Origin: an uncultured Eubacteriales bacterium
GTDB lineage: Bacteria > Bacillota > Clostridia > Oscillospirales > Acutalibacteraceae
Direction: 5' to 3'
DNA length: 64,000 bases
NCBI GenBank assembly: GCA_964398395.1
Contig: CAYNMU010000001.1
Span: 4,233 to 68,232, forward strand
A program made the translations under genes and the position numbers. The stretch's first letter is position 1; the number at the start of each line of letters is the position of its first letter. Shown in pieces: positions 44,109 to 54,139 of the stretch. A model generated the notes under the pieces. That model did not search any database and was not told the origin of the DNA. It saw only the letters and a list, made by a program, of their open reading frames with translations.

Positions 44109-45509
44109 ATGAAAACCTTTATGTCACGGGAATTTTTGCTTAACAACGAAACGGCGGAAGAACTTTTTCACCATGCTGCGGCGGAAATGCCGATTTTTGA
44201 CTGGCATTGCCACATTTCCCCGAAAGAGATTTACGAAAACAGGCAGCCTGCCGATATTACCGCTTTGTGGCTCATGGCCGACCATTACAAATGGCGGGCG
44301 CTGCGCTCTTACGGGATAGATGAGGAATATATAACCGGTTCGGCATCCAGTTACGAAAAGTTTAAGGCATGGGCAAAAGTCATGCCAAGTTTAATCGGCA
44401 ACCAACTTTATCACTGGACGCATTTGGAGCTTCAGCGTTATTTTGATATATATGAGCCGTTAAGTGAAAAAACAGCCGATGAGATTTGGGAGCGGGCAAA
44501 CGCGAAAATTGCCGCAGGCGGGTTTAAGCCGCGTGAGCTGATGACCGCCTCAAATGTCGCTTGTATTTTCACCACCGATGATTCGGCGGACTCATTGGAA
44601 TACCACAAGCTGATTGCGGAGGATAAAAGCTTTAAGTGCCGCGTTTTGCCGGCTTTCCGCCCGGACAAAGCGCTGGGTGTGGACCTGCCCGGCTTTTTGC
44701 CGTGGCTTGCGAGCCTTGAACAAAGGGTGGATAAAAAAATAACGGATTTCGCAGGGCTGGTCAGCGCGTTAAAAGAAAGAATTGAGTTTTTTGCGACGAT
44801 GGGCTGCCGCGGGAGTGATCACGCCTTTGCTTATGTGCCGTGCACAAGAGCCGACGAAAACGAACTTGAGTCAATATTTAAAAAGGCTTTATCCGGCGCG
44901 GTGCTTTCTGCTTATGAAACGGACAAATACCGCACAGAGCTTATGAGAGCTTTGGCAAAGGAATATGCCCGTTTAGGGTGGGGAATGGAGATTCACATCG
45001 GCGTTATCCGCAACAATAACACAGCTATGTTCAATAAGATAGGGCCGGATATGGGCTTTGACTCTATGACAGACCATGAAATCGCTGATAGGCTATCACA
45101 CTTTTTGGATAGTCTGGCTGTTGAAGGAAATCTGCCAAAAACCGTTTTATTTACACTTAATCCAAAAGACAACTATGTTTTGGGTTCTATGCTCGGCAAT
45201 TTCCAAAACAGCGAGGCTGCAAGCAAAATTCAATTTGGTTCCGCATGGTGGTTTAATGATAACCTTGACGGTATGCGCGAGCAAATGAAGACGCTTGCGA
45301 ACACCGGTGTTTTAGCGAAGTTTGTCGGGATGGTTACGGATTCACGCTCCTTCCTTTCTTATCCTCGTCATGAATATTTCCGCCGTATACTGTGCGGGTT
45401 AATCGGAGATATGGTAGAGGATGGACTTTATCCGCGTGATATGGAAACGCTCAGGCAGATTGTTAAGGACATTTCCTACAATAATGCGGTCGCATATTTT
45501 GGAATTTAG
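44109..45509 (+). CDS. uxaC: Glucuronate isomerase
   Basis: 466-aa ORF with UxaC signatures (PIFDWHCHISPKEI, DHYKWRA, WWFND near the C-terminus). Confidence 0.92.
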   Translation: MKTFMSREFLLNNETAEELFHHAAAEMPIFDWHCHISPKEIYENRQPADITALWLMADHYKWRALRSYGIDEEYITGSASSYEKFKAWAKVMPSLIGNQLYHWTHLELQRYFDIYEPLSEKTADEIWERANAKIAAGGFKPRELMTASNVACIFTTDDSADSLEYHKLIAEDKSFKCRVLPAFRPDKALGVDLPGFLPWLASLEQRVDKKITDFAGLVSALKERIEFFATMGCRGSDHAFAYVPCTRADENELESIFKKALSGAVLSAYETDKYRTELMRALAKEYARLGWGMEIHIGVIRNNNTAMFNKIGPDMGFDSMTDHEIADRLSHFLDSLAVEGNLPKTVLFTLNPKDNYVLGSMLGNFQNSEAASKIQFGSAWWFNDNLDGMREQMKTLANTGVLAKFVGMVTDSRSFLSYPRHEYFRRILCGLIGDMVEDGLYPRDMETLRQIVKDISYNNAVAYFGI

Positions 45510-45512
45510 TTT

Positions 45513-45540
45513 GAGCCTACAAACATATACGAATAGGCTC
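45513..45540 (+). terminator. Hairpin after uxaC (weak terminator)
   Basis: GAGCCTA/TAGGCTC stem with a 14-nt loop followed by ATTT. Confidence 0.45.
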
Positions 45541-45547
45541 ATTTAGG

Positions 45548-45576
45548 TTGACACTGCAAAACGGTAGTATTATACT
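45548..45576 (+). promoter_or_regulatory. Near-consensus sigma-70 promoter of the gcv operon
   Basis: TTGACA (45548-45553), a 17-nt spacer, then TATACT (45571-45576). About 40 nt upstream of the gcvT start. Confidence 0.7.
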
Positions 45577-45619
45577 TTTCATAATAGATTACGGAAATAT
45601 TGTGAGAAGGATGATTTAG

Positions 45620-46714
45620 TTGGAATTGAAAACACCACTGTACGACACCCATGTAAAATATGGGGGTAAGATCGTACCGTTCGCAGGCTATTTGTTGCCT
45701 GTGCAATACCAAACCGGCATTGCCGCTGAGCATATCGCCGTCAGAACCGCCGCTGGGCTTTTTGATGTTTCGCATATGGGCGAAATTACTTTAAAAGGTA
45801 TGGATGCCCTTAAGAATGTTCAAATGCTTGTTACAAACGACTGCTCGGTTATGTATGACGGCCAGGTGAAATACTCTCCCATGTGCAATGAAAACGGCGG
45901 AGTTGTTGACGATTTACTTGTTTACAAAATAGGCGACAACGATTACATGCTTGTGGTGAATGCCGCCAACCATGATAAGGATGTCGAATGGATTAAAAGC
46001 TACATCAGCGGTGATGTCGAGTTCAAGGACATATCCCAAGACCTTGCGCAAATCGCCGTTCAGGGGCCAAACGCCTATCAAATTGTTATTAATCTTGCAG
46101 ACAAAGAAAATCTTCCTGTAAAGTATTACAGCTTTACACAAGGCGTTGATGTAGGCGGATTTGAATGCATCGTCTCAAAAACCGGTTATTCCGGCGAAGA
46201 AGGCTATGAACTCTACACCGCCAACGAAAATGCCGCCCCACTGTGGGAAAAGCTGATGGAAGCCGGTAAAGATTTAGGTTTAATACCCTGCGGTTTGGGT
46301 GCGCGTGACACCTTGCGTTTGGAAGCCGCTATGCCGCTTTACGGGCACGAGATGAACGATGTTATCACACCGTTTGAAACCGGAATAGGATTTTTTGTTA
46401 AGATGACAAAAGATGATTTTATCGGCAAGGCAGCGCTGCAAGCGAAGGGCGAACCGAAAATAAAGCGGATTGGGTTGGAACTGACAGACCGGGGCATTGC
46501 CCGCGACCACGACAAAGTGTTTGCCGGTGAGCGGGAAATCGGCGTTGTCACTTCAGGAACTATGTGCCCGTTTATTAAAAAAGCTGTTGCCATGGCGCTT
46601 GTTGGCATTGAAGATGCCAATGAGGGCGATGAGCTGGAAATTGAAGTCAGAGGCAAACGCTTAAAGGCAAAAGTCGTTAATCTACCGTTCTATAAAAAAC
46701 AAAGCAAAATTTAA
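45620..46714 (+). CDS. gcvT: Glycine cleavage system T protein (aminomethyltransferase)
   Basis: 364-aa ORF, TTG start with GAAGGA 8 nt upstream. GcvT motifs ([42 protein letters not shown]). Confidence 0.93.
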   Translation: MELKTPLYDTHVKYGGKIVPFAGYLLPVQYQTGIAAEHIAVRTAAGLFDVSHMGEITLKGMDALKNVQMLVTNDCSVMYDGQVKYSPMCNENGGVVDDLLVYKIGDNDYMLVVNAANHDKDVEWIKSYISGDVEFKDISQDLAQIAVQGPNAYQIVINLADKENLPVKYYSFTQGVDVGGFECIVSKTGYSGEEGYELYTANENAAPLWEKLMEAGKDLGLIPCGLGARDTLRLEAAMPLYGHEMNDVITPFETGIGFFVKMTKDDFIGKAALQAKGEPKIKRIGLELTDRGIARDHDKVFAGEREIGVVTSGTMCPFIKKAVAMALVGIEDANEGDELEIEVRGKRLKAKVVNLPFYKKQSKI

Positions 46715-46747
46715 AATATCTCAATTAATTTTAAGGGAGAAATTATA

Positions 46748-47128
46748 ATGGAAATACCAAGCGATTTATTCTTTGCAAAATCACATGAATGGGTAAAGTT
46801 TACCGCCGAGGGTACAGCTAAAATTGGCCTTTCCGACCATGCACAGGATGCATTGGGCGATGTAGCATTCATTAACCTTTGCGATGAGGGCGACAGCCTG
46901 AGTGCGGGTGAAATTCTTGGTGATATTGAGTCGATTAAAGCTGTTTCTGATGTGTATTCACCCATTGGCGGCACTGTTGTCAGTGTTAACGAAGAACTGC
47001 TCGACTATCCTGAGCGAATTAACGCCGACCCTTACGGTTCATGGCTTGTTGAACTTGACGATGTTGTTAAAAGCAATGAACTGCTTGATGCAGCGGCTTA
47101 TGAGAAGTTTCTTGCCGAAGAAGAATAA
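46748..47128 (+). CDS. gcvH: Glycine cleavage system H protein
   Basis: 126-aa ORF. The lipoyl-lysine motif ESIKAVSDVYSP and HEWV near the N-terminus are present. Confidence 0.93.
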   Translation: MEIPSDLFFAKSHEWVKFTAEGTAKIGLSDHAQDALGDVAFINLCDEGDSLSAGEILGDIESIKAVSDVYSPIGGTVVSVNEELLDYPERINADPYGSWLVELDDVVKSNELLDAAAYEKFLAEEE

Positions 47129-47226
47129 GTATCTTACTATCAAAAATATTATGGGGCAAGGGCAGCGCTCTTGCCCTAAAGCATATTAATTATTGATTTA
47201 ACTCATTGTGATAAGGAGTGTAGTTG

Positions 47227-48552
47227 ATGTCCTATGTTCCAAACACCCCCGCCGAGCGGGAAGAAATGCTGCTTGCCATGGGCAAAACCTGCGTTGAGGA
47301 TTTATTGATTTCAATCCCGCAAGCCGTTCGCTTTGGCAGAAAACTTGAAATCCCTTCGGCGAAAAGTGAAATCGAAGTAATGGATGCGCTTGAAGCAATG
47401 GCAGAGAAAAACAAGGTTTATAGAACCTGTTTCAGGGGAGCGGGCGCATATAAACACTTTATTCCGAGCGTTGTACGCCATCTTGCCGGTCGCTCGGAAT
47501 TTGTGACAGCCTACACACCCTACCAAGCCGAGATGAGTCAGGGCGTTTTGCAGGCTATTTTTGAATACCAGACAATGATATGCGAAATTACCGGCATGGA
47601 TGTTTCAAACGCGGGTGTGTATGACGGCGCTCAGGCAGCGGCCGAAGCAATCTCCATGTTCAAAGAACGCAAGCGAGTGAAAGCAATCGTTTCCGGCGCG
47701 GTGAAGCCGATGACTTTAGAGGTTATTAAAACCTATTGCACCGCAGCAGGTTCGGAACTTGTCATCATACCCGCAAAAGACGGCAAAACGGACTTGGATG
47801 CTTTGAACAGTGCGCTTGACGATAACACCGCTTGTTTATATATGGAACAGCCGAACTTTTTCGGTTTGGTTGAGGATGCCGGGAAAATCGCCGAGCTGAC
47901 ACATTCAGCAGGCGCAAAGTTAGTTATGGGATGCTATCCGACATCACTCGCAATTTTGAAAACGCCCGCCGAATACGGCGCGGATGCAGCCGTCGGCGAG
48001 GCTCAGCCTTTGGGGTTGCCGCTCAGTTTCGGCGGTCCGTACCTTGGGTTTATGTCTGTTATGACGGCAAACACCAGAAGGCTCCCCGGCAGAATAGTCG
48101 GGCAGACATCCGATAAGTCAGGCAATATAGCGTATGTTTTAACTCTTCAGGCAAGGGAACAGCACATCAGAAGAGAAAAAGCATGTTCGAGCATCTGCTC
48201 AAACGAGGCGCTTTGCGCACTGATTTCAACCATCTACTGCGCGGCAATGGGCAAAGAGGGGTTGAAAGAGGTTGCGGAGCAATGTTATGCGAAAGCGCAC
48301 TATGCGGCAGAACAAATCACTTCCGTAAAGGGATTTAACTTTACATATGACGGATTTTTCTTCAACGAGTTTGTAACAGACTGCCCTGTTGATACTGAGC
48401 AATTAATGGCAAAACTTGCCGAAAACAACATGTTGGGCGGTCTTCCGCTTAAAAATAACAATAATAACAGCATCCTTTGGTGTGTTACCGAGCTCAATAC
48501 CAAAGCAGAAATTGATGCTCTTGTAAATATCTTGAAGGAGGCGGTAAAATGA
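47227..48552 (+). CDS. gcvPA: Glycine dehydrogenase (decarboxylating) subunit 1
   Basis: GcvPA-type sequence (YTPYQAEMSQGVLQAIFEYQTMI, LQAREQHIRREKA). ATG 47227 with AAGGAG 8 nt upstream; the track starts at TTG 47224. Confidence 0.92.
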   Translation: MSYVPNTPAEREEMLLAMGKTCVEDLLISIPQAVRFGRKLEIPSAKSEIEVMDALEAMAEKNKVYRTCFRGAGAYKHFIPSVVRHLAGRSEFVTAYTPYQAEMSQGVLQAIFEYQTMICEITGMDVSNAGVYDGAQAAAEAISMFKERKRVKAIVSGAVKPMTLEVIKTYCTAAGSELVIIPAKDGKTDLDALNSALDDNTACLYMEQPNFFGLVEDAGKIAELTHSAGAKLVMGCYPTSLAILKTPAEYGADAAVGEAQPLGLPLSFGGPYLGFMSVMTANTRRLPGRIVGQTSDKSGNIAYVLTLQAREQHIRREKACSSICSNEALCALISTIYCAAMGKEGLKEVAEQCYAKAHYAAEQITSVKGFNFTYDGFFFNEFVTDCPVDTEQLMAKLAENNMLGGLPLKNNNNNSILWCVTELNTKAEIDALVNILKEAVK

Positions 48553-49988
48553 GCGAGCTGATTTTTGAAAAAAGCAAAGCCGGCAGACGCTGTTCCTCCA
48601 TCAACATGTGCGAAGGCTGTACCGCAGAAATGCCGGATGAATTCAAACGGAAAATTCCGATGAATTTGCCCGAAGTGGCCGAAATCGATTTGGTCAGGCA
48701 TTACACAAACTTAAGCCGCAGGGCTTATGGTGTGGATAACGGCTTTTACCCCTTGGGTTCCTGCACCATGAAATACAATCCGAAAATAAATGAAGACGCA
48801 GCCGCTTTAAAAGGTTTTACCGGTATTCATCCGCTTCAGCCGCCGGAAACCGTTCAGGGTTGCCTGGAAGCTATGGAAACTTTAGGCGGATACCTCTGCG
48901 AGATAACCGGAATGGATGCCATAACTCTGCAGCCTGCGGCGGGTGCGCACGGCGAATTTACCGGCCTTGCGATGATTAAGGCATATTTAACGGATAAGGG
49001 CGAAACACAGCGCAACAAATTAATTGTACCCGATTCCGCTCACGGCACAAACCCGGCCAGCGCCGCGATGGCGGACTTTGATGTTATCAACATACCGTCA
49101 ACGCCGGAAGGCATGGTTGACTTGGCTGAGCTTGAAAAAGCACTCGGTGACGATACCGCCGCTTTGATGCTGACGAACCCGAACACGGTCGGACTTTTCG
49201 ACAAAAATATCGAAAAAATCGCTGAAATTGTACATAAGGCAGGTGGGCTGCTCTATTATGACGGCGCGAATATGAACGCTATTATGGGTATCACCCGCCC
49301 CGGTGATATGGGCTTTGATGTGATGCACCTCAATTTGCATAAAACTTTTTCCACCCCGCATGGCGGCGGCGGCCCCGGCAGCGGTCCGGTTGCCTGCAAG
49401 GCAAAGCTTCAGCCATTTTTACCGGCACCGATTGTTGAATGTAATAATGGTAAATACTACTTTGCAGCACCGGAAAAATCAATCGGCATGATGCGCAGTT
49501 TTTACGGCAACTTTTTGGTTTGCGTCAGGGCGCTGGCCTATATCATGTCAATCGGTGCTGAGGGAATCAAAGAAGTGAGCGAAAACGCCGTGCTCAACGC
49601 AAACTATATGATGGTCAAGCTGAAAGATACCTATGATGTTCCGTTTGAAGGGCCATGCTTGCACGAATTTGTTATGTCGCTCGAATCGCTTAAAAAGCAG
49701 ACCGGCATAACCGCTTCCGACATTGCAAAAGGACTTGTGGATAAAGGTATTCACCCACCGACCATGTATTTCCCGCTGATTGTGCATGAAGCATTGATGT
49801 TGGAACCGACCGAAACCGAAAGCAGAGAAACACTGGACAATGCGATACAGGCTTTTAAAGAAGTGTACGCGATGGCTTTTGAAAATCCGCAGACGCTTCA
49901 CGACGCGCCATTGTCAACGCCTGTCGGCCGCCCCGATGAAACAACCGCTGTCAGAAATCCGGTATTAAGATTTGTTTTCGGTAATTGA
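48549..49988 (+). CDS. gcvPB: Glycine dehydrogenase (decarboxylating) subunit 2
   Basis: 479-aa ORF overlapping gcvPA by ATGA. The PLP-lysine region HLNLHKTFSTPHGGGGPG is typical of GcvPB. Confidence 0.93.
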   Translation: MSELIFEKSKAGRRCSSINMCEGCTAEMPDEFKRKIPMNLPEVAEIDLVRHYTNLSRRAYGVDNGFYPLGSCTMKYNPKINEDAAALKGFTGIHPLQPPETVQGCLEAMETLGGYLCEITGMDAITLQPAAGAHGEFTGLAMIKAYLTDKGETQRNKLIVPDSAHGTNPASAAMADFDVINIPSTPEGMVDLAELEKALGDDTAALMLTNPNTVGLFDKNIEKIAEIVHKAGGLLYYDGANMNAIMGITRPGDMGFDVMHLNLHKTFSTPHGGGGPGSGPVACKAKLQPFLPAPIVECNNGKYYFAAPEKSIGMMRSFYGNFLVCVRALAYIMSIGAEGIKEVSENAVLNANYMMVKLKDTYDVPFEGPCLHEFVMSLESLKKQTGITASDIAKGLVDKGIHPPTMYFPLIVHEALMLEPTETESRETLDNAIQAFKEVYAMAFENPQTLHDAPLSTPVGRPDETTAVRNPVLRFVFGN

Positions 49989-50070
49989 ATAACAATTGGT
50001 TAGAGTATAGGCTTTTTTGAATCATATGTGGAGGTAAATCTTCACAAACAAATGAAAGGTGTGCATTATT

Positions 50071-50553
50071 ATGAAAGAAAAGCTCAAATTTACAGGATTT
50101 CAAAAATGGGTTGAATTGCTGTCTGTTGCCGTGTTGATTTTTTTATCTGCATACCTGGTTTCAAACTGGTCATCCTTACCGGCCAGAATACCGACGCATT
50201 ATGACGCGAGCGGGCTGGTTAACGGCTGGGGCAGCAAGAACTCACTGCTTATGCTCCCGGTTATAGGCTTGTTCATGTATGCGCTATTAACCGTTGTTTC
50301 ATTTTTTCCGAAAACTTGGAATGTGCCGGTTAAATTGACGGATGAAAACAAAGAAAGGGTTTACACCGTAACAAGGAGTCTGCTCTGTGTTTTAAAGCTC
50401 ATGGTTTTATTCTTGTTTACTTTTATCACAATCGGCATGGTAAAAATGCAGGCGCCGGGCGCATTGTTTTTTATTTTTATTTTGGTGGGCGTTTTCGGTA
50501 CACTTATCGGGTTTATCGTTAAAATCATAAAAGTAGCCAAACCAAAAGAGTAA
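50071..50553 (+). CDS. DUF1648-type membrane protein
   Basis: Four-TM protein with the LPARIPTHYDASGLVNGWGSK motif typical of DUF1648/SdpI-like N-termini. ATG 50071 with AAAGGTG upstream. Confidence 0.65.
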   Translation: MKEKLKFTGFQKWVELLSVAVLIFLSAYLVSNWSSLPARIPTHYDASGLVNGWGSKNSLLMLPVIGLFMYALLTVVSFFPKTWNVPVKLTDENKERVYTVTRSLLCVLKLMVLFLFTFITIGMVKMQAPGALFFIFILVGVFGTLIGFIVKIIKVAKPKE

Positions 50554-50613
50554 ATTGCAAATAATTGTTAGCGGTAACGGGCAATCTAAAAAATTCAGGA
50601 AAGGGTTGATTTG

Positions 50614-52353
50614 ATGAAAAGAAAGCTGAAACAATTACTTTGCTTCATGATGAGTGTGCTGATTATTGTTCCCTCCGCCATGCTGAATGCCGGCGCGCAG
50701 GCGCCCCTTTCGCTGCTTGTGGCAGCCGACTGCCACTACTCCCCGCTGAGCATGCTCGGGCCGATAGGGGAGGAAAACGGCTTGCCCGGCGACCCGCTTT
50801 ACTGGTACACCAACATTCAGGGCGAGCTGACTTACGAATCGGATGCGATTATGACAGAACTGCTCTCAAGGTTCGAAGCGTCTGCGTCAAACTTTCTGTT
50901 GATAGCCGGCGACCTTTCCGACAATGGATTACGCGGAGAACACACTGCCCTTGCAGACAAGTTTAAACAGTTTGAAAAAAGAACCGGAAAGAGCATATTT
51001 ATCATCAATGGCAACCATGATGTCAGCAGTATTTCGGACAGCAATTATATTAATCTGGCGGAATTCAAATCAATTTATGCCGACTTCGGTTATAACGAGG
51101 CGCTTGCCAGTGATAAAAACTCCGCTTCCTATACCGCGGAGCTTGCAAACGGCTATCGCCTATTAGCCATCGACTCCTGTATTTACGGCGAGGACGGCGG
51201 GCAAATCAGCGCGGACCTTTTAAAATGGATAAAAACGCAGATTGCCGCGACAAAAGCGGACGGCAAAAAGCTGGTGGGGATGATGCACCACAGCCTGCTG
51301 GCACATTTCAAAATACAAGGCATTGTGGGCGACACGGTGAAAGACTACCGCAAGTTATCTGCCTTGTTTGCGGACAGCGGAATAAAAGTCGTTTTTACCG
51401 GCCATAAGCATGCAAATGACATTACCGCCGCAGTTTCTGCTAACGGCAATAGAATATACGACATTGAAACAACTTCACTGGTAAACTACCCGAACTCTTA
51501 CCGCAATATTACTTTTTCGGATTCGGCTGTTAAAGTGGAAACCAGCAACATTGACAAACTAAATATTTCTGAACTGGCACCCGGTTATAATCAAGCTCAG
51601 CTTGATCTGATAAAAACTGATTTTCATGCATACAGCTATGGTTATTTTCAAGCGGGTATGTGCCGTTATATCAATGAATATGTCGGAACCCCCAGAAAAG
51701 TCGCAGGCTGGCTCAAAATTGAAAAAGACTCAGCAGCCTATAATGCGCTTAGTCTCGCTATGCCGGTTTTCGGCAAAGCGTTGGCTCTCCCGATATATGA
51801 TAAAGCCGGTACGCCGGCAATCGACAGCGTGGAGGAAATTGCTAAAAGCGTCGGCGAAAAGATTGCGCCGAGCAGCTACACAAGGTTTTCGGATCTGATT
51901 GCTTTTCTCGTCACGCGACTTTTCAGCGGAGACGAAAATACGCCTTATGATTCGCCGGAAGTACAACTGTTTTTGCAGACATTAAAAGCCGGTTTGGTGT
52001 ATGCATTTGTCAATATCCCCAATGATGCGGCCCGGGAACTTTTTAAAAGCTTGGGGTTATCCGGAACGGGTCTGATTGTTAATGATGCTTCCTACACGCG
52101 GGCGGCTAAGCTCATTTTTGCTAAAACCGCCTCGGAAAAAATACTTTCCGCCGTCATAAAACCCCTAATTGAGGGTATAACGGTGGATGCTTTCGCTCCC
52201 GGGGATTTGAATGTAACGCTTGAAGCCTATGGCGTTTCGGGTGGAGCAACTGCTTCTGCTGACCCGATTACCGATTTTCAGGTGATAACCGACATCATCA
52301 AATCAATGTTCAATTTGTTTGTTAATGTGATGAAAGCCGCCACAGTGTTTTAG
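50614..52353 (+). CDS. Secreted calcineurin-like metallophosphoesterase with a large C-terminal extension
   Basis: Signal peptide. Metallophosphoesterase motifs AADCHY, GDLSDNG, INGNHD, HH (MHHSL) and GHKHAND. Confidence 0.85.
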   Translation: MKRKLKQLLCFMMSVLIIVPSAMLNAGAQAPLSLLVAADCHYSPLSMLGPIGEENGLPGDPLYWYTNIQGELTYESDAIMTELLSRFEASASNFLLIAGDLSDNGLRGEHTALADKFKQFEKRTGKSIFIINGNHDVSSISDSNYINLAEFKSIYADFGYNEALASDKNSASYTAELANGYRLLAIDSCIYGEDGGQISADLLKWIKTQIAATKADGKKLVGMMHHSLLAHFKIQGIVGDTVKDYRKLSALFADSGIKVVFTGHKHANDITAAVSANGNRIYDIETTSLVNYPNSYRNITFSDSAVKVETSNIDKLNISELAPGYNQAQLDLIKTDFHAYSYGYFQAGMCRYINEYVGTPRKVAGWLKIEKDSAAYNALSLAMPVFGKALALPIYDKAGTPAIDSVEEIAKSVGEKIAPSSYTRFSDLIAFLVTRLFSGDENTPYDSPEVQLFLQTLKAGLVYAFVNIPNDAARELFKSLGLSGTGLIVNDASYTRAAKLIFAKTASEKILSAVIKPLIEGITVDAFAPGDLNVTLEAYGVSGGATASADPITDFQVITDIIKSMFNLFVNVMKAATVF

Positions 52354-52370
52354 TATTAGGAGAGGTTGTT

Positions 52371-52949
52371 ATGTGCGGACGGTATTTTATTGCATCGGAG
52401 TACGATGCGCCCGAAATAAAAAAAATCATTGAACAAATTAGTGAAAAATTTGAAAACAAACCGGAGCTTGCCGAAATGAAAACCGGTGAGATTTTCCCTA
52501 CCGATATCGTGCCGGTTGTTACCGCGGAAACTCCGACGCTGATGAAATGGGGGTTCCCCCGTTTTGACGGCAAAGGTCAGGTGATTAACGCACGGCTGGA
52601 AACGGCGGACGAAAAGCCGATGTTTAGAAAATCATTCGCCGGTTTGCGCTGCCTTGTGCCGGCAACCAACTATTTTGAATGGGAAAAAATCGGCTCAATA
52701 AAGAAAAAATATGCAATCGGACTGCATGCGCCTATCTATATGGCTGGGCTTTACAGGTTTGACGCGACCGCCTCCGTGCCGCAATTTGTCATTTTAACCC
52801 GCCCTGCGGCGGAAGGTCTCGCTTTTATCCATGACCGTATGCCGGTAATCATCCCCGAAGAGCTCCGCTTACAATGGCTTACAGCTAACTCCGGTGCGGG
52901 TGATATTTTAAGCGGCTCGGTTGAAAAACTGTTTTTTAAGGGCGTATGA
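52371..52949 (+). CDS. SOS-response-associated peptidase (SRAP/YedK family, abasic-site crosslinking)
   Basis: 192-aa ORF beginning MCGRY (catalytic Cys2), with INARLET, YFEW and HDRMPVI motifs. Confidence 0.88.
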   Translation: MCGRYFIASEYDAPEIKKIIEQISEKFENKPELAEMKTGEIFPTDIVPVVTAETPTLMKWGFPRFDGKGQVINARLETADEKPMFRKSFAGLRCLVPATNYFEWEKIGSIKKKYAIGLHAPIYMAGLYRFDATASVPQFVILTRPAAEGLAFIHDRMPVIIPEELRLQWLTANSGAGDILSGSVEKLFFKGV

Positions 52950-52970
52950 CTTAACAAACTTAAATATTTA

Positions 52971-53002
52971 AAGGCAGACTGTCAACAAACAGTCTGCCTT
53001 TT
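52971..53002. terminator. Bidirectional terminator between the SRAP and PrsW genes
   Basis: AAGGCAGACTGT/ACAGTCTGCCTT 12-bp stem with A/T flanks. Confidence 0.8.
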
Positions 53003-53035
53003 ATATGGATAAGACGCAATATTTCCGCCGCCGGG

Positions 53036-53929
53036 TTATTTCCGCTGCGAAGAAATTGCTGCGCTGACATCCGGGTTTTCTTTAAGCATCTCCTGACCAG
53101 CAATATACTCAATCGACTTATCTTCTTTTGAAATTCTGCGGATTTTACGGAATGAAATAATATAAAGAAAACCGAGAACACCAATAAAAGCAACCGAAAA
53201 TATGGTAAACTCAGTGGAAAAATCATAAAGGCCGTGCAAAAAAACTGGCACAAAAAAGCTTAATACCAAGTAATATTTAGCCTTGCCTCCGGTTCTTAAA
53301 GATTTTTCCGTTTTACCCCAACTTTTTTCATAGAAGGCCTTCACATTGCGGATTTTGTAAAGACTGAAGAAATAGCCCATAAATACACCGAAGAATGTGT
53401 GTGCCGGCACAGCAGTAACAGCTCGTAAAACCGCATTGCCCAAGCCATATTGGAAAACATACATGATATTTTCAAGCACAGCAAACCCGAGCGAAACAAA
53501 CACCGAATAAATAATCCCGTCAAAAAGCGAATTGAAGTTTTTGTTTTTCCTGATGAACAGGAAGATAACGAGCCATTTCAGCCCTTCTTCCACAAACGCG
53601 ACAACTAAAAAATAATGAATGAACTGGTAGCCGTAATAGTTAAATGTGTTCATTAGAACCGTGCCGTCACTCTGAATTTCGCCTATTCTTGCGGCGAGAT
53701 CGTTTTCAAAAACCTCCGCGAAAGATTCAAAAAATATAGCGGGGAATACGCAAAGCGCACCGAGTGCAAGCATCAGCATCAAAAGCCAGACCGGTTCTTT
53801 TTCAACCCGGTCTTTGCGGTAAACATAAATGCAAAGCACAACAGCGGGAAGCATAGCCGCAATCAAAAAGAGGATATTATAACTCGGCATAGAAGAAACA
53901 TCGGCACTTATTTGATCAAGAATATGCAA
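53036..53929 (-). CDS. prsW: PrsW-family intramembrane glutamic/metallo-protease
   Basis: Multi-TM ORF with PrsW motifs (VYRKDRVEKEP, FVEEGLKW, FLHGLYDF). The start is uncertain. TTG 53929 has GAGG 7 nt upstream; the track start TTG 53950 and ATG 53890 are alternatives. Confidence 0.8.
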   Translation of the reverse strand: MHILDQISADVSSMPSYNILFLIAAMLPAVVLCIYVYRKDRVEKEPVWLLMLMLALGALCVFPAIFFESFAEVFENDLAARIGEIQSDGTVLMNTFNYYGYQFIHYFLVVAFVEEGLKWLVIFLFIRKNKNFNSLFDGIIYSVFVSLGFAVLENIMYVFQYGLGNAVLRAVTAVPAHTFFGVFMGYFFSLYKIRNVKAFYEKSWGKTEKSLRTGGKAKYYLVLSFFVPVFLHGLYDFSTEFTIFSVAFIGVLGFLYIISFRKIRRISKEDKSIEYIAGQEMLKENPDVSAAISSQRK

Positions 53930-54139
53930 AATAACGACCTCGCTTTTCAATCAATTTGGAAAGTTTATGTTACCGATATCATACTATTTCAGAAACCGTT
54001 TGGCAATAAATATTTGAAACGGGTTTTCATCTGCTTTTCGGTCAATCCGAGTTAACCGTTTATATCACTTTCCGCTTGTAAATCTCTGTTGTTAATGGTA
54101 ATATGTTTTACATACTAAGTGTGAAAGGAATTGAATAAA

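Noticed and set aside
45510-45620. Possible glycine riboswitch upstream of gcvT.
   Set aside because: A near-consensus promoter sits about 40 nt before the start codon. The leader is too short for even a single glycine aptamer, and I see no conserved aptamer core sequences.
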